A stretch of 62,586 bases of DNA, filler included, from Choristocarpus tenellus KU-1152 (lineage: Eukaryota > Protista > Phaeophyceae), in NCBI GenBank assembly GCA_964200185.2. It is 13 parts of 13 records of this genome, joined end to end, with 100 filler letters (N's around TTAATTAATTAA, not from the genome) between each part and the next. Parts side by side here need not be neighbours in the genome. Positions count along the whole stretch, not along the records: positions 22,235 to 27,349 come from CAXNAD020011822.1; positions 27,450 to 30,329 come from CAXNAD020023972.1; positions 30,430 to 34,899 come from CAXNAD020014399.1; positions 35,000 to 39,380 come from CAXNAD020014819.1; 9 more parts are not named here. The stretch is one strand, 5' to 3'. The notes beneath the pieces are model-generated. The model saw only the letters and a program-made list of their open reading frames with translations, had not been told where the DNA came from and did not search any database. Position 1 is the stretch's first letter, and each line of letters starts with the position of its first letter. A program made the position numbers and the translations under genes. Of this stretch, positions 24,987-38,700 are shown piece after piece.

Positions 24987-25881
24987 CTAGACCTGTGATG
25001 CTATCATAAAGGTGACTATTAACAATATACTGTGCGAGACTTTCGGAGCTTAACCTTCGCACGCAGCTCACTAGAACGTACATTGTCCGCGCAGAACTCG
25101 GCACAATGGTTGCGGAAGCCCCTCTTTCGAAGGAAATGCTGGATATCTTGGTGCGGTCTCTACCTCCAGGTTTCGAGTTCACAGAAGTCGAAGGCTAAGG
25201 GTGGGCAGAGTGTACGCGCTGTTGATTGCCATGTGTCGAGAGGGGGACTCGCTCTTGATCGAGTGGACCAGTCAATCACTGCGGAACAAGAAATCCAAGA
25301 GGGGTCACGACTACGACGGAGAATGTGTATTCTTCGACGAGCTTGATGGTGAGGGCTGGCTGGCTGGCTGGCTGCTGTCTGATGAACTTTTAGGCATGAC
25401 AGTGGAACTACAACAACAATGAAGAGTTTAAGGTTGCACACAGACAGATGAGACATGGAGGATCGCGACTCTTCTTCCTCTGTGAAAAAACTCGTCCTGG
25501 GAAAGGAGACACAGCCCTCCAAGCCATATGCTGGACGACGGATGGACGGATGTCTAAGTAACTTGATCTTAGTGAGGAAAATCGCCCTCTCACCCATCAA
25601 ACCACAACCAAGTCCAACCTATCTAATAATGTTAGGGGTGATCAAGGGTCACATCAAGCTTTATTTCGACGAAAAATTCTTCTCCAATCAAAAGTTAGAC
25701 CAGGACAAATTCTGTTCTAGAGGCAAACTCCCAAACCGTTTGAAAATGTGATCTTGGGTTATTATGTAGTATTATTTTTAAATAGTACACAATACTTTAA
25801 AAAATCGAATAGAAATTGTTCTCTACTTCTAATAGTACTTACTATCTACCAAACAACTTGAAAAGAAAAGACCCGTTGAAA

Positions 25882-26067
25882 GGCTCAAAGTATGTGGGGG
25901 GGGGGTGCCAGCTGTCCATTCGGGGTCGATTTTTCATCTCGCGATTTTTGTGTGATTTGGTTGCATGCGTGGGGTGGGTAATGTAAGTGCACTTTTCCAG
26001 GTCAGACCCCAAATAATGGACACTCTGTCTGGTGCAGACCCCCCACCACCACCCAGATACTTTTGTC
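25882..26067 (-). mobile_element. MITE family B, full length
   Basis: GGCTCAAAGTATGTGGGG...CCCAGATACTTTTGTC; body matches 45724-45896 in reverse. Confidence 0.85.
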
Positions 26068-27181
26068 TGGAAACAGCATGCAGAATGTAGCCCACTTCTT
26101 GTACCTGGTTTCCATTTCAACTCACATCATCTCACACGATATCATGATACAGTCCACATCACATACAATGAAGCAGGTAAGATTCGGAATGAGGAAGTGA
26201 CGCATGGGTGGATCAACAGATCATGGATGGATGGATGAACCTACCCAACCCACAAAATGATGAAGTATGTATCACTTCCTCTTGACAGGATCAGGTTGAG
26301 CAAATATTTGCGGGGGGGCTTACCTCTAAATAACTGAGCCAAAGTAAACGAGAGGTACCCAGGATTTGGTCGCTTTGCATTTTAAGCCAGTTTTCCAAAA
26401 TTTTGCAATTCACACATATTTCTACGGATGAAGTGTTAAGCTTGTTGAAATATTCCACACTGGACACGCGACTCTGGTGCTTTAATGAAAGACAAAGAAC
26501 AGCTTAATGTACATGAGCAAAGTTAATATTACAACAGGGCTTCTGGTCTCAATTCCTCTGACTGAGTACGTGGGTGAGACTAGCCTAGACTATTACTATC
26601 ATTTCTGTAGTATGGGGTTTGTAATCGTCCACACTAATTTAATATGAATCTTTACTTGTCTTAAGTATAGAGAGTGTATCTTGAACTTGACTCAAAGATA
26701 TCTGGACACTATGAGTCAGTACATATAATATATCTGTCACTACTGGCTCTCCATCCTAATATCTAATCCACTGGTGGTGTCTATGTGTATCAGCAGAACT
26801 ATCTACGAACAAAGCTCGACTTGATAGCGTTGATATATCTATAGTTAGGAACCTTCCTGTTAAACAGAATACAGAAAAAGTCGTATACGATTTTGTACGA
26901 AAAGTCGATTTTGTATGTATTTGTAAGCATCCTCAAAACGCAACCCTGTGCCTATCATTTACTTTGACTCGCTGGTGGGCAAATAAGAAAAGCTTGCATA
27001 TGATCAGTTGGTTCTTATAGTGATAAAGAGGCCTACTGAGATTAGGGTAACCTGATAATAATAATATTGGGTTTTTTCGAGACCGCTACAAAAAATCATA
27101 AAAATCTAGTGCAATCTCAAGTGTGTGCAGCCTGTCCTGTAAGCTGTTAGAACTGATGCTGAACAGAGGAACAAACGAAGT

Positions 27182-27260
27182 ATACACATACATACATACA
27201 TACATACATACATACATACATACATACATACATACATAAATACATATATACATACACATA
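27182..27260. repeat. (TACA)n microsatellite
   Basis: Direct reading. Confidence 0.95.
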
Positions 27261-28627
27261 TGGGTATAATAGTCCTAGAATGATGACAATAATCTCAACA
27301 GGGTAGGTGGTTGGTTGATGCATTCACTGAAAGTATCTGGGGGGGGGAGNNNNNNNNNNNNNNNNNNNNNNNNNNNNNNNNNNNNNNNNNNNNTTAATTA
27401 ATTAANNNNNNNNNNNNNNNNNNNNNNNNNNNNNNNNNNNNNNNNNNNNGGCCCAAATGGGGACCCTGGTGTAGGCCCCCCCCCCCCGCCCAGATACTAT
27501 GTGTCATATGGGATGGGGGGTGAAGGGGGGAGGGAGGAGCGTCTCATTTTACACTCCAAGAGTCTTGTGCCATATGTGTTGGTCTCTTTATGAAACGTTG
27601 TACTTCCTAAGATAATATTATATCACAAAAGAAACATGAACTTGGAAATACCTGCTTCTGTATCCTGTGTGTGTATGGATTTGTGGCATCAGGAGGGGGG
27701 AGGTATGCTCCTCAATTGTCATAGAGCGAATTGTTGAGGGTATAGAGCTGATACTATCATTTCATCCTTGGGTAAGGATTAGGGGTTAACAGCCAGTTCA
27801 GAGAGATTGCATGCACATCATACAATGCCAACAGTTCTACAATTGCATGCAAGCTCCCCAACTAGGTTCCTCAGTACATACACGAATAGAGTGAAATGAT
27901 TTATCTATATAGAGGTACATTTATTGTTCTATAAATCACCACATACCCACCCACCCCTGAGAAGTTAGGACATAAAATTGCGGATATAAAAGTCACAGAA
28001 ACAAGTGGGTGGGCTCTCAAGAAAACTGCCGTCCCACTACAACGTGTGGTAAGTGTAACGTATACTCATTAAGTATATTTAAATATTGTGAAACTCACTT
28101 AATAACGGTTACGCATAATGACCGTGGGATGGGATATCACTAGTGAATGGTGTATCGTCAGTGAATGAGGTATCACCATAATAAAACAATATAATGCATT
28201 TCACATCTGCATAACGTAGAGAAGAACAACAATAGTGGGGCACTCGCTACAACAACTATGGATACATACACCTTTCTTATTGTGGCAGGTAAATGTGGCA
28301 CATGCACCAAACACCCCACCCTCCTTGCCCCGCCTTGTAGCTCCATACATGTACAGAACACCGAAGCAAATACATTTAATTACATCCCAGCCTAAACATC
28401 GATCGTAGCTCGCATATGTATATGCTGTAGAAACTGCAGGTGCTCATGAAGCGACCAGCATGTGTGACACCTGCCTCTTCCTGGTGCATGGAATGAACCC
28501 CTTCCCTGACCCTGTGGTTGCCACCAATCGGTAAACACACAGAGCAAAGAAGCGGGTAAATTCAGGCTAAACTAGAGCACATGCAATAGTAACAGCCTTC
28601 ACGTGTGCATGTCTCAGGAGTTACAAT

Positions 28628-28854
28628 GAGTCAAAGTATCTAAGAGTGTAGAGTCGCATCCATTTGGTGGCGAAAATATTGCGATTTTGATGTAATTTTG
28701 GCTATGGTGTTTGTCAGGAAGTGTCAATATCCTTGTTCCAGATACACGTTTTCATAACAGATTCATTTGGCAAGTGTAGTAAAAAACCCGTGGGAACCCA
28801 AGCCCCAAACGGATAAACAAGGCAAAACTTGTACCCACTAAGATACTTTCACTC
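28628..28854 (+). mobile_element. MITE family A, internal deletion, 3-bp TSD AAT
   Basis: Intact TIR ends, AAT both flanks. Confidence 0.9.
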
Positions 28855-29937
28855 AATAATGTTAGCTGCGCCACTCCACTACTATATTTCAGCGCCCTTT
28901 TAACTCACTCTGATCTGGTAATATAGCAGCCTCAGTACCCAAGAATGCAGGCAGAACTCCCTGTTGGAACAACCTAGGCTCGTAACACTGGATCACTTGA
29001 GTTGTATTATCATATAAATTTCACAAGTACGAAAAAAGATGAGCCGTGGCTACTCAATAGGACTTAAAAGGAGCTGTAATTTAAGCAGCAGAGCGAAGAC
29101 TATGTAGTTTCTATGTACCTGTATTTCCTCTTCACTCATCATCCCTCTGCTCGCACACACATCCCATTCTTGGAACGAAATATATACCACCTCGCACCTG
29201 AGATGGGAGGAAATAGATAAATTGGCCACTGTATGTCATATGTCACACGGTCACATTTCAGCACACAAACTTATGGTTAACCATAATCCATCGTTCATGT
29301 GACTAACCTGGAGTTTTTCTCACATATATGAGCGCAATTTGCACCATTTGACAAGGAGAAGATATTTATACATCAGTTAAAACAGGATCTACCCTCACCA
29401 GCCAAAAGGCAAGATTATGGAATAAACTACATAACTCGGAAAAGCAGGAGGATCAAGGCACAAAAGACTCCCTTGTGCGTCCTACCTAAGAAGTAACTGT
29501 GCTATAGAAGTTGTGCTTGAAGGTGTCACTAGCACTCCCTTCGCCCCAGAGGACTCTAAACAGTTAGTAGTTCTAAATGCCTCCAAACTGAGAGGCACAC
29601 GGGCTCTTCTCATCCTGTATTCACATCTTAATATCAAGCTGAGTGTCAGGGACATTGTAATGTCGCCTTAGTACCATGAAAACACTGTCATATCCGCTGA
29701 TCTATCCCTCCCACACTCTACCGCGACAAGTATGAAAAAACATCCAAGCGATAAGGCTTCTATCCTGAGCTCTGCAGTAGGATAAAAAATGAACACATCC
29801 TAACAAGAGAAACTTGCATGCATGTCAAATAAGGACAACAGCTGTGCTACTCTCCATCTTGCATTGACCCTAGCATGGCATCAGGACCTAGCAGCAACAC
29901 AGTAGAGCACTTCCTCAAATGCATGCCATACCTATTA

Positions 29938-30193
29938 GAGTGAAAGTATCTTATAGGGTACGAATTTTGTCCTGTTTGTCCATTTGGGGCTTGACATCCC
30001 ACGGGTTTTTAATGACATACTACCTCCTTCAAAATGTTTCTGAGTAGGTAAAATGTATATGCTATGAAAAGATGTGTCCGGAACAAGGGCATTGACATCT
30101 AACAATCACAATAGCCAAAATTACATCAAAATCGCAACATTGGATTTTGGCCCCCAAATGGACGTGGCTCTACCCTCTAAGATACTTTGACTC
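29938..30193 (-). mobile_element. MITE family A, 4-bp TSD ATTA
   Basis: Intact TIRs, ATTA both flanks. Confidence 0.92.
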
Positions 30194-30792
30194 ATTATGC
30201 ACAATGTTCCCTCCGGTACTAAGACAGTGTGCTGTGAGGTGGAGAATGACATAATATGATTTATGCATGTATGTGTTTGGGTTGCTATATATATACTAAT
30301 CAAAGGATATCTGTCAAAGTATCTGGGGGNNNNNNNNNNNNNNNNNNNNNNNNNNNNNNNNNNNNNNNNNNNNTTAATTAATTAANNNNNNNNNNNNNNN
30401 NNNNNNNNNNNNNNNNNNNNNNNNNNNNNCCCCCCCCAGATACTTTGAGCCTTTGTTCACTACAACGAAGATATAGATATAGATATAGATATAGATATAT
30501 ATTAAGCTTCAAATGAAAATGTGTAAGTATAACTCTTTTATCAAGAGGTCAGATATGGACCAGCAAACTGCCAGATAGATGTTAGGTGTACCCCCCATGA
30601 TGCCAAATCAAGAATCAGAATACTAATATCCCATGTGTAGCCTGGCAGACATACCCTCCCCATGCACTTACTAGTTATTTTTGATTACCATTTTTTCATC
30701 ATGGATGATAGGAGGCAGTCTTAAGACAAACTTTGGATATGTAGAACTCCCTCTTCTTCAAATCACTCAAAGCGAACCATTTATTAAGAATT

Positions 30793-31242
30793 GGTTCAAA
30801 GTATCTGGGGGGGGGGGAGAGGTGGTGGCTGTGATTGAAAATATCTTAGAGGGTACAAGTTTTTCTCTGTTTGTCCATTTGGGGCTTGGCTTCCCACAGG
30901 TATTTAATGACAATTTACCTACTCAAAAACGGTTTAGAGTAGGTAAAATGTATACACTATGAAAAGGAGTGTCCGGAACAAGGATATTGACTTCTCCTAA
31001 CAGACATGATAGCCAATTTTTTTCTAAATTGCAATATTGGATTTCAGCCCCCAAATGGACGCGGCTCTACCCTCTAAGATACTTTGACTCTGTACGTTTG
31101 GGTTGAATTTTTTCATGTCGCGATTTTTGTGTGATTTGGTTTACATACGTCGAAAGGATAATGTAAATGCACTTTTCCTGGTTTTGATCCAAATGGACAC
31201 CTTGGTGTAGACCACCCCCCTCCCTCCCAGATACTGCGGGTC
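30793..31242 (-). mobile_element. MITE family B (3-bp TSD ATT) interrupted by a family-A copy
   Basis: GGTTCAAAGTATCTGGGG...CCCAGATACTGCGGGTC; the B body resumes at 31091 after the nested element. Confidence 0.85.
30833..31090 (-). mobile_element. MITE family A nested in family B, 3-bp TSD TGT
   Basis: Full copy, TGT both flanks. Confidence 0.9.
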
Positions 31243-31984
31243 ATTCAGTGATGTGTCTTCAGAAAATCCAGCAAGTCACGTGTGCTACCTACCCACTGCT
31301 GCAGCTTACCCACCTTGCATCCATGCCAGTGGCTTTTTTGCCGGTGGACTGGTTGTATATTCTCTCTCTTGATTAACCCCACCACCATCTCTGCATTGTA
31401 TCAATAACCTTGGGATTTCCAGCTGGTGGAGGAGCATGAATATGGAAGGGTTGTTGTTGAGGCCAAACCTGCATTCATCACAGACGGGCATCCAGAAATG
31501 CACGGAGGAGTGTGCCTGAGCAAGGACAAGACTAAAATGGCAACACAGATGGAGGATCAGCTAGTCCAGGAGTCGCTAGCAAGGCGTGTAGATGTAAGTG
31601 TTTTAATGAATGCAAGGTTGAGGTATTCAAAGAAATGTCAGCAGCAATAATAGAGGAGAGTTGGGTTAGTTGAGTTGGAGAGGGAGGCAAAACGATGATG
31701 CATTAAGTTTGTTGTGGAGGTTGGGTATATGGGAGGGTACAGAAGGTGATGGTGCAAGGGATCATTTCTCAAACTGAGCAGGGTTGGCATCAGCCTTCAA
31801 AACCAGGAGGATTTTGGTGGCGTCCCTGGTGGGAAAATGTTTTTTTTTCTTCTTTCCAATGAATGGAAAATAAATAGTGTACGGCAGAGTGGTGTGGTAG
31901 TCTAGGGTATGCGATAAATAAATAATATAATATAAATTATATCTTCGATCGTTAAACCTGGGCATAACACTGTGGAAGCCAGTT

Positions 31985-32245
31985 GAGCCAAACTATCTTA
32001 GAGGGTAGGGCCTCGTCCATTTGGGGTCCAAATACAATGTTGCGATTTTGATGTAATTTTGGCTAACGTGTTTGTTGGGAAGTGTCAATATCCTTGTTCT
32101 GGACACATCTTTTCATGACGGACACATTTTACCTACTCCGAAATATTTTGGAGTAGGAAAATGTAATAAAAATACGCCATGGGAAGTCAAGCCCCAAAAA
32201 TGGACAAACGGGGCAAAAATCGTACCATCTAAGATACTTTCACTC
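31985..32245 (+). mobile_element. MITE family A, 4-bp TSD AGTT
   Basis: Full copy, AGTT both flanks. Confidence 0.92.
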
Positions 32246-32381
32246 AGTTGACATTCAGGGTTGCTTGTTAGTTAGGGGTTTGTTGGCAGGCAACATAGGC
32301 ACAGAATGGGAGGATGTTCACAAAATAGTAACAATAATAATAGGGGGTAGGAATTGTTGCAGAGCAAATGCATTGTGTTGT

Positions 32382-32634
32382 GAGTCAAAGCATCTTAGAG
32401 GGAATGGACACAGTTGGGGTCCAAAATCCAATGTTGCTATTTGGATGTGATTTTGGCTACCGTGTTTGTTAGGAAGTGTCAATATCCTTATTCCGGACAC
32501 ACCTTTCCATAACATATACATTTTACCTCCTAAAAACGTTTCGAAGTAGGTAACTGTCATAATACACCTGTGGGAAGTCAAGCACCGAACGAGCAAACAG
32601 GGCAAACCTCCTACCCTTTCAAATGCTTTGGGTC
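32382..32634 (+). mobile_element. MITE family A variant ending ...AAATGCTTTGGGTC, 3-bp TSD TGT
   Basis: Family-A body; right end resembles the family-B terminus CTTTGGGTC. Confidence 0.88.
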
Positions 32635-33435
32635 TGTCTTATTGCCACATGAATGACTCCCCATTAGTGCAGATCCAGTTGTTTGCATCATACGTCTGAC
32701 AAGCACCTCCACATCATTGCTTTCATTGGTACTTTTGCTATACTCATCATGAAAATGTCACATCTTTGTGTTGGAGAGCAGTGAGAGTGGAATGGCTTGA
32801 GGAGTATTGGGAATATAAAAGTAATCACACTTACTCAAGGCCAAAAGTGATTTAATCAGCACGAAAAACACTGAAAGAAAACCCACCCATGGAACTGGAA
32901 CGGTCCTTGCAGCTAACAGCCAAGAATACGCAATTCGGAAGAGATTTGTTTGAGAGGTGTGTTCTGCCCATGGGACATACATTGTCTCATTTCAATGGTG
33001 TCTTGTGCTGTAGGGGTGGAGTGTTGTGTTTGAAATTGATCATCATCCTAGCGATTGCCGATAGTTACTGAATATTGCACATATAATGAAGTAATGCGTT
33101 GTTGCAGCAGTGATCAGGGTCGGATGTTTTGGGGACAAGATGGATCCAGAAACCTATTCTTGGTGCCCAAATAGAGGTTCCAGTTTATTCATTGTGGCAC
33201 TGCATCACTTGTGGGTACAGTTCTGGACAGGGGATGTATCCAGTAGTAGTTGAATGAGTGACAGAGGACATATAGACTTGTCAATCGAGCTGCTTGGGAA
33301 ATTGCCCATAAAATTTTCAAATTATGCCCGACTTAAGGCACCTATCATGATCTAGCAGTGATCAAGCGACTAGGATCAATTTTCCAGTGCTGCCATGGAA
33401 TAGATAGCTTCAGGGTGTATTCGTCTAGAACCAAA

Positions 33436-33694
33436 GAGTCAAAGTATCTCAGAGGGTAGGGCCGCGTCCATTTGGGGGTGGAAATCCAACGTTGTGATTT
33501 TGATGAAATTTTGACTATCGTGTTTGTTAGGAAGTGTCAATATCCTTGTTCCGGACACACCTTTCCATAACATACACATTTTAGCTACTCCAAAACATTT
33601 TGTAGTAGGAATATGTCATAAAAAACCCGGTGGAAAGCCAAGTCCCAAATGGATAAACAGGGCAAAACTCGTACCCTCTAAGATACTTTCACTC
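33436..33694 (+). mobile_element. MITE family A, 4-bp TSD CAAA
   Basis: Full copy, CAAA both flanks. Confidence 0.93.
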
Positions 33695-34143
33695 CAAAGA
33701 ACAAGCACACTGCAGTAATTGAAATTGACTTCAACCACTCTCTAAGCAGCCTTTCCATTCATGTGGGTTGGCTGATTTAGGTAGTAGACAACCTATACCA
33801 GTTGATGGCAAGGGGGGGCTCTGATGGAAAACACCATGGATATAATTCTGAAAAAAAATGCACACGGGAGGAGTTCAAGGGAGTCTTAAAGGAACTTTGG
33901 AGCTCCCACTTCACAGATGCACAGGTGTGTCAAGTTGCAGTCTCACCCTTTACACAACCCAAAGTGTAGAACTCAATCCACTGTTGAGCATCCCTACTTC
34001 AGTAATATATTTTCCCGTCTCTCTTGCTTTGAGTATGTGACCCTTAAAAGGTATGGTTTAAGACAGCAACAGCAGTAGTACAGACTTGCTCTCATTTGAT
34101 ACAGCTATAACACGAATGAAGAGCTTATGCAAAGTTAAAAGGA

Positions 34144-34174
<31 letters not shown>

Positions 34175-35299
34175 AGTGTGCCTTAGGAGCTTGTGCTGTA
34201 TCACTCACCACCAAATCACTATTACACAACCTTCTTGTATGGGTAAATTGTGATGAGATATGCTATCGGTTCTTAGTCATCACCACGAGATATGCTTCAA
34301 AGTTGTGTTGTACTCCAAAATTTAGACCGCTAGAGCTCAAAGACTAGTGAGAGTTTCTCCACAGATTGTGGGCCCAAGAGCTGTACATTGCGAGGTCCAA
34401 TCTCTATATTATATTTCTTGCCCGAACATAGATTGCATCTAGAATGGTCTGAAGGAAACAGGATTTCACTCAAGTGGCGAAACGGTTGTCAAATCATGCG
34501 TTCCATATTTGTAGAGAGTCGAAGTAAATGAGAGGTATCCACAGCTGCTTTTTAAGGATGCTGACAACTATGCAAAAAAATTCGACCTTTTTTGCAAATG
34601 GGAATAGGTTTTATTCTGAATTCTGTCGAAAGGTTTCAAGCAACAGAGAAATGGACATTCTCAAGTTAAACTTTGGCACTTCATCCATAGGTATATGACT
34701 GAAGTGCAAAAGATTGAAATGCTGGCTTCAACTGCAAAACCGCCAAAATCTGGGCACCTCTCGTTTACTTTCTCTCAGAGAGACCAAGAGCCCTCCCTCA
34801 CAGTACCTGTGCATCACATTTTTTAACACTATTATATTGCACATAGGTATGTCAGACCCAACGTATCTGGGGGGGGGGGGGGGGGGGGGGGGGGGAATTN
34901 NNNNNNNNNNNNNNNNNNNNNNNNNNNNNNNNNNNNNNNNNNNTTAATTAATTAANNNNNNNNNNNNNNNNNNNNNNNNNNNNNNNNNNNNNNNNNNNNC
35001 CCCCCAACTCTCCCCCCTTTCCCCCCCCCGCCCCCTTCCCATTTCAAATTGACCCCCTAGTTTAACCCCCCCCCCCCCCCCCCCAGGTGCTTTGGGTCTT
35101 ATCAAGCAGGTTGTACGAAGCAGGTTGTTGTTGTGACCTACAGATTAAAAAAGGACTCGGATTGTTGACATGATGCAAAGCCCTATTTGTCTGTATGTGT
35201 CTTTCGTTAGCTGAATATATACACATCTACATAAGAACATGCATTGAACAAAATATAAGAATTGAAGTGATAGATTCAGTACATATTCGGTTGTCTTCT

Positions 35300-36900
35300 T
35301 TGGCACCAATGTGGCCTACATTCTTGAGCAATTAGGTCGTTAAGTTATCCATCAAGGTAGCTAAATCGGTCCTGAAACAGAATAAACACACAACAAAAGT
35401 TCAAGGCCGTCTTGTGGGTACATCAACGAGTACTTCTCTGGTCTAATTTGCTTCCACTTTCTTTCTGCAAGTTCCCCAAACACCAGTGTCTCTGGTAGTT
35501 GCTCATCCTCAATACGTGCAACTGACCTTGCGAACAAGAGCCTCTGTTTCTCACAGTCGTCTTATTACTCTGTCGCAACTAGTCTCCACAATGGTATATT
35601 TGAAGGACATAGTGTGATTGGTGTATTCCTGTTTGCCAAAGCTGATGCGGCTAGCAGGATTTTGTAATGATGAGAGTTGAGGCTATATTTGGTGGACCTG
35701 GTGTGGTGTCCATGCCGCCCAACGATATAACAGGACTTCTAGTACTTCAGCCTCGACCCTTTGCCTTTTTACGAGCTCAAATGATATGCCTGTGGTTTTG
35801 TCATAAAAACACTTGAATGCAGTCGCACACACAGCCTCAGGTCTTTTGAAACTGTCACCTATTTTAGGAAGGGATATTGGTATCATTGCAGGTGGTGGCT
35901 CTGCATGAAACAAACTTGTCGGTCTGCTTGTAGCTCTGGCTAGCAAAATATATGATCTGCATAGTGTTTATGCAGCCATCCATGTTGGGAGGTCGAAGGT
36001 GCAATGTGTCTGTCCTCTGATTGAATATTTCATCCCAAATAAATATCCTATCCACATTTACGATCACTGCCATCATCCTTGCCAGACTTCCTTGTGTCTT
36101 TCAAGACACAAATGTCTGCATCGTCAGCATAGAACATACCTCACAGGCCCATGCAGATCATGTGTTACCCAACCTCTTGTCACTCCTCCTCCTCTTGACC
36201 TAGTTGTTTCTCTCAGCTCCCTTGATGGTATCAACGTCCTTGAAGATGGCAGGGTCAGTGTTGAACTCCTGAATCCCTATGCCTAGCATCGCAGTGAAAA
36301 AGATGAAGAATAGTATAGGCTCTCCTCCTCCTCTTGACCTAGTTGTTTCTCTCAGCCCCCGTATGGTATAAACGTCCTTAAAAATGGCAGGGTCAGTGTT
36401 GAACTCTTTAACCCCTATGCTTAACTCCGCTGCGAAAAATACGAATGGTACAGGGGCATGAACACACCTTTGATGAAAGGCCTTGCCTGACCTCAAATTG
36501 GTGTGGGCATTTCTCCATCATCTATCCTATACGAACACATACCCTTATTCCAGTACGGAAATGTTGCGGATGACTGAGATCATCCTTTCTGATATTGGCA
36601 ACACAGCCCACACAGGAGAAAGCACTGAGATTAACACGATCCCTGTATGTCCATTGAACACACGACCAGAGATACCTGTTTTGCCTCTTTGAGTGTCAGG
36701 AGGGCATGTAGGTCGTATGTATATATATAATATCATGTCCACTGTGGAACGTCGAGACCTGTAATCACAATGGTCCTCTTGGTAAGTTGTCGTGCTGTGA
36801 CCATGAGCAGAATAGTATTTCCAACGTACTATACTATTATTGTTGCACATTGTTGGTGGACGATTCCGATACGTGGTCAGAGGTAGCCGGAGGAACTACA
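35300..36900 (-). pseudogene. RTE-like non-LTR retrotransposon reverse transcriptase relic
   Basis: YRSRRSTVDM, HQRCVHAPVPF..FFAA (QGCVLAP equivalent), SLARMMAVIV, AEVLEVLLY..AAW occur in RT order across frameshifts. Confidence 0.75.
36183..36440. repeat. Tandem duplication with 139-bp period inside the LINE relic
   Basis: ctcctcctcctcttgacctagttgtttctctcag... starts at both 36183 and 36322. Confidence 0.85.
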
Positions 36901-37189
36901 TATTCTGCTACTCCCCATAAAAAATATTGACCAACTGTCCTGCTGGAGCACCATTATATTGTACTATTGTTCCTACCTTGCTTCTCGCGAGTTGGGTTTT
37001 AGGACTCTAACAGTTGTTTTTCTCTGTCTTCCTTTGAACCTTCTGATGGAGTAAGCCTAAACTCTTCAACATGACATTGGTCAAGCATTTGTTTGGTAGA
37101 ACACAGAGAGGATAAGCCGAGTTGTACAATCCATTGTGTTGGATAGGTTGAATATTATCTTCGAAACCAGATAATATTGAAAAGAAGTC

Positions 37190-37234
37190 TGGCGTCAGGG
37201 GGGATCGAACCCCCTGAGTTGAAACCACTGAGCG
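37190..37234 (-). other. tRNA-derived (SINE-like) fragment, internally deleted
   Basis: Minus strand GCTCAGTGGTT...GGGTTCGATCCCCCTGACGCCA: A-box, B-box/T-arm and encoded CCA. Confidence 0.5.
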
Positions 37235-37679
37235 ATAACTATATTCAACCAGAATATCCTACGAATTATGATTGGTTCATCCCTAACAACAATTCCATCT
37301 GCATCATTTCTACTCTTCTATTATTTCTATTATTTCTATTATTTCTATTATTTCATATTCCCACTCCTTCCTTATTCGTAGACCTGTTCTGATTAGAAAT
37401 ACCTTCCACACCTTCGTATCTTCTATAATTCTATAACACATTATTATATAGTGTAACATTTCGTGTATGTGTCAGTAGGAAGTCAATTCAATTCTTCTTT
37501 TTTCCTATTCATCATATAACATCAATAAGATTATCACTCCTTCTCAGAAAGAATTGTTTCGTAAATTTAATTCAAGTTCTCTTTTTGATGTCCGCCAAAA
37601 CAATATTTTCTCCTATATTATATTTCAATGAAATGGTGGCCTCTTGTGTGTGTTGTACCCCCATACCCCAAATCAAAAC

Positions 37680-38700
37680 TAGAGAACTGGACAGGTCAAC
37701 CCCAAGGAATCTAGAAACTCGAACCGGCCTCTCTACTCTTTACGGAACGTTTTGGCAACCAAGAACCTTCGTCATCCTCACCGCTGCCTTAATGAACTTC
37801 ACAGCACACTCAACTATCAATTCGGATACAAGTGAGTCGTTTTTTCTTCCTGGGAAGATGTACGAGACTGAAAACAGTCTGGAACTCCTCCCCCGTCGAC
37901 TACCTGACCATATTTTGTGCGAGCATATGGCTCATTGCTTTTTTATGTTATTGCTTCAACATGATGTCTTCAACGAGAATCGTTGATTGGTCTCGCATTC
38001 AGCGCAATCGACTGAAACCCAAACCTCGTTTGCCGTATGTTCTATGTTTTGATTGATAGAGTGCCCCCTTAGTGACCTTGCTAGCCCGCTCTATTGTCCG
38101 AAAATACCTGACCTTCAAGGAGAGTCGTCTTTCTTGTCGAAGTCGTAGTTGGGATGCAAATTATTTAACATTGTGGTCACAGGATAGTACTTGCCTCCTA
38201 TCTTCCTCCTCGCTCGAGCCTGTAAGGCAGCTCAGGTTCGATCTGCTAATGATATATATCGTTGATGAAAGATTGACGGAGTAGTTCGTCCCAATATTAG
38301 TTGGTGTAGTAATGGGTGTGTTGTCTTCCATTGTAGGACCTTCGGACTTCGTAACCTGCGAGACATCTGCCAACCAGTCACTAAATCAATTGTTCCTTGA
38401 AATTCCGATTGCAATTTTCTTGCTATCTCTCTCAGTGGGCCAAGTCAACGGCACTTTGGTGGAGCGCAAGTACTCTACGCTCCTGACAGAGGAGTGCAAG
38501 GTGCCGAAGCCTGACAACAAGGTTCTCAAGTATGGCACGGCAGGTGAGACAAGGTTGGCAGGCAGAAACAGTATTTGCCCATTGTGCATACCCTCTTCTT
38601 ACCGTTGAATGTTCTTCTTTGATTATGGCTTAGCTTCAACTTAGAGATCTCTGTGTGCGCTAGAGCGACCTTCTCGTGGCCCAGAGGACGGTGGTGCGCC
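37680..38700 (-). pseudogene. Possible second, highly degraded LINE RT relic
   Basis: Only weak motif remnants (e.g. VSRFLGVDLSSSL); many stops. Confidence 0.25.

Noticed and set aside
25106-25150. MVAEAPLSKEMLDIL followed by a donor, resembling a Trm112-like N-terminus
   Set aside because: No open downstream exon with the expected CP motif was found in the contig
27327-30451. MITE-B halves on either side of linkers as single elements spanning real gaps
   Set aside because: Outer flanks give no matching TSD where checked, and genes such as the kinesin do not continue across linkers
37190-37212. TGGCGTCAGG... as an LTR primer-binding site or a functional tRNA
   Set aside because: Not preceded by an LTR CA end; anticodon arm and 5' acceptor strand are missing
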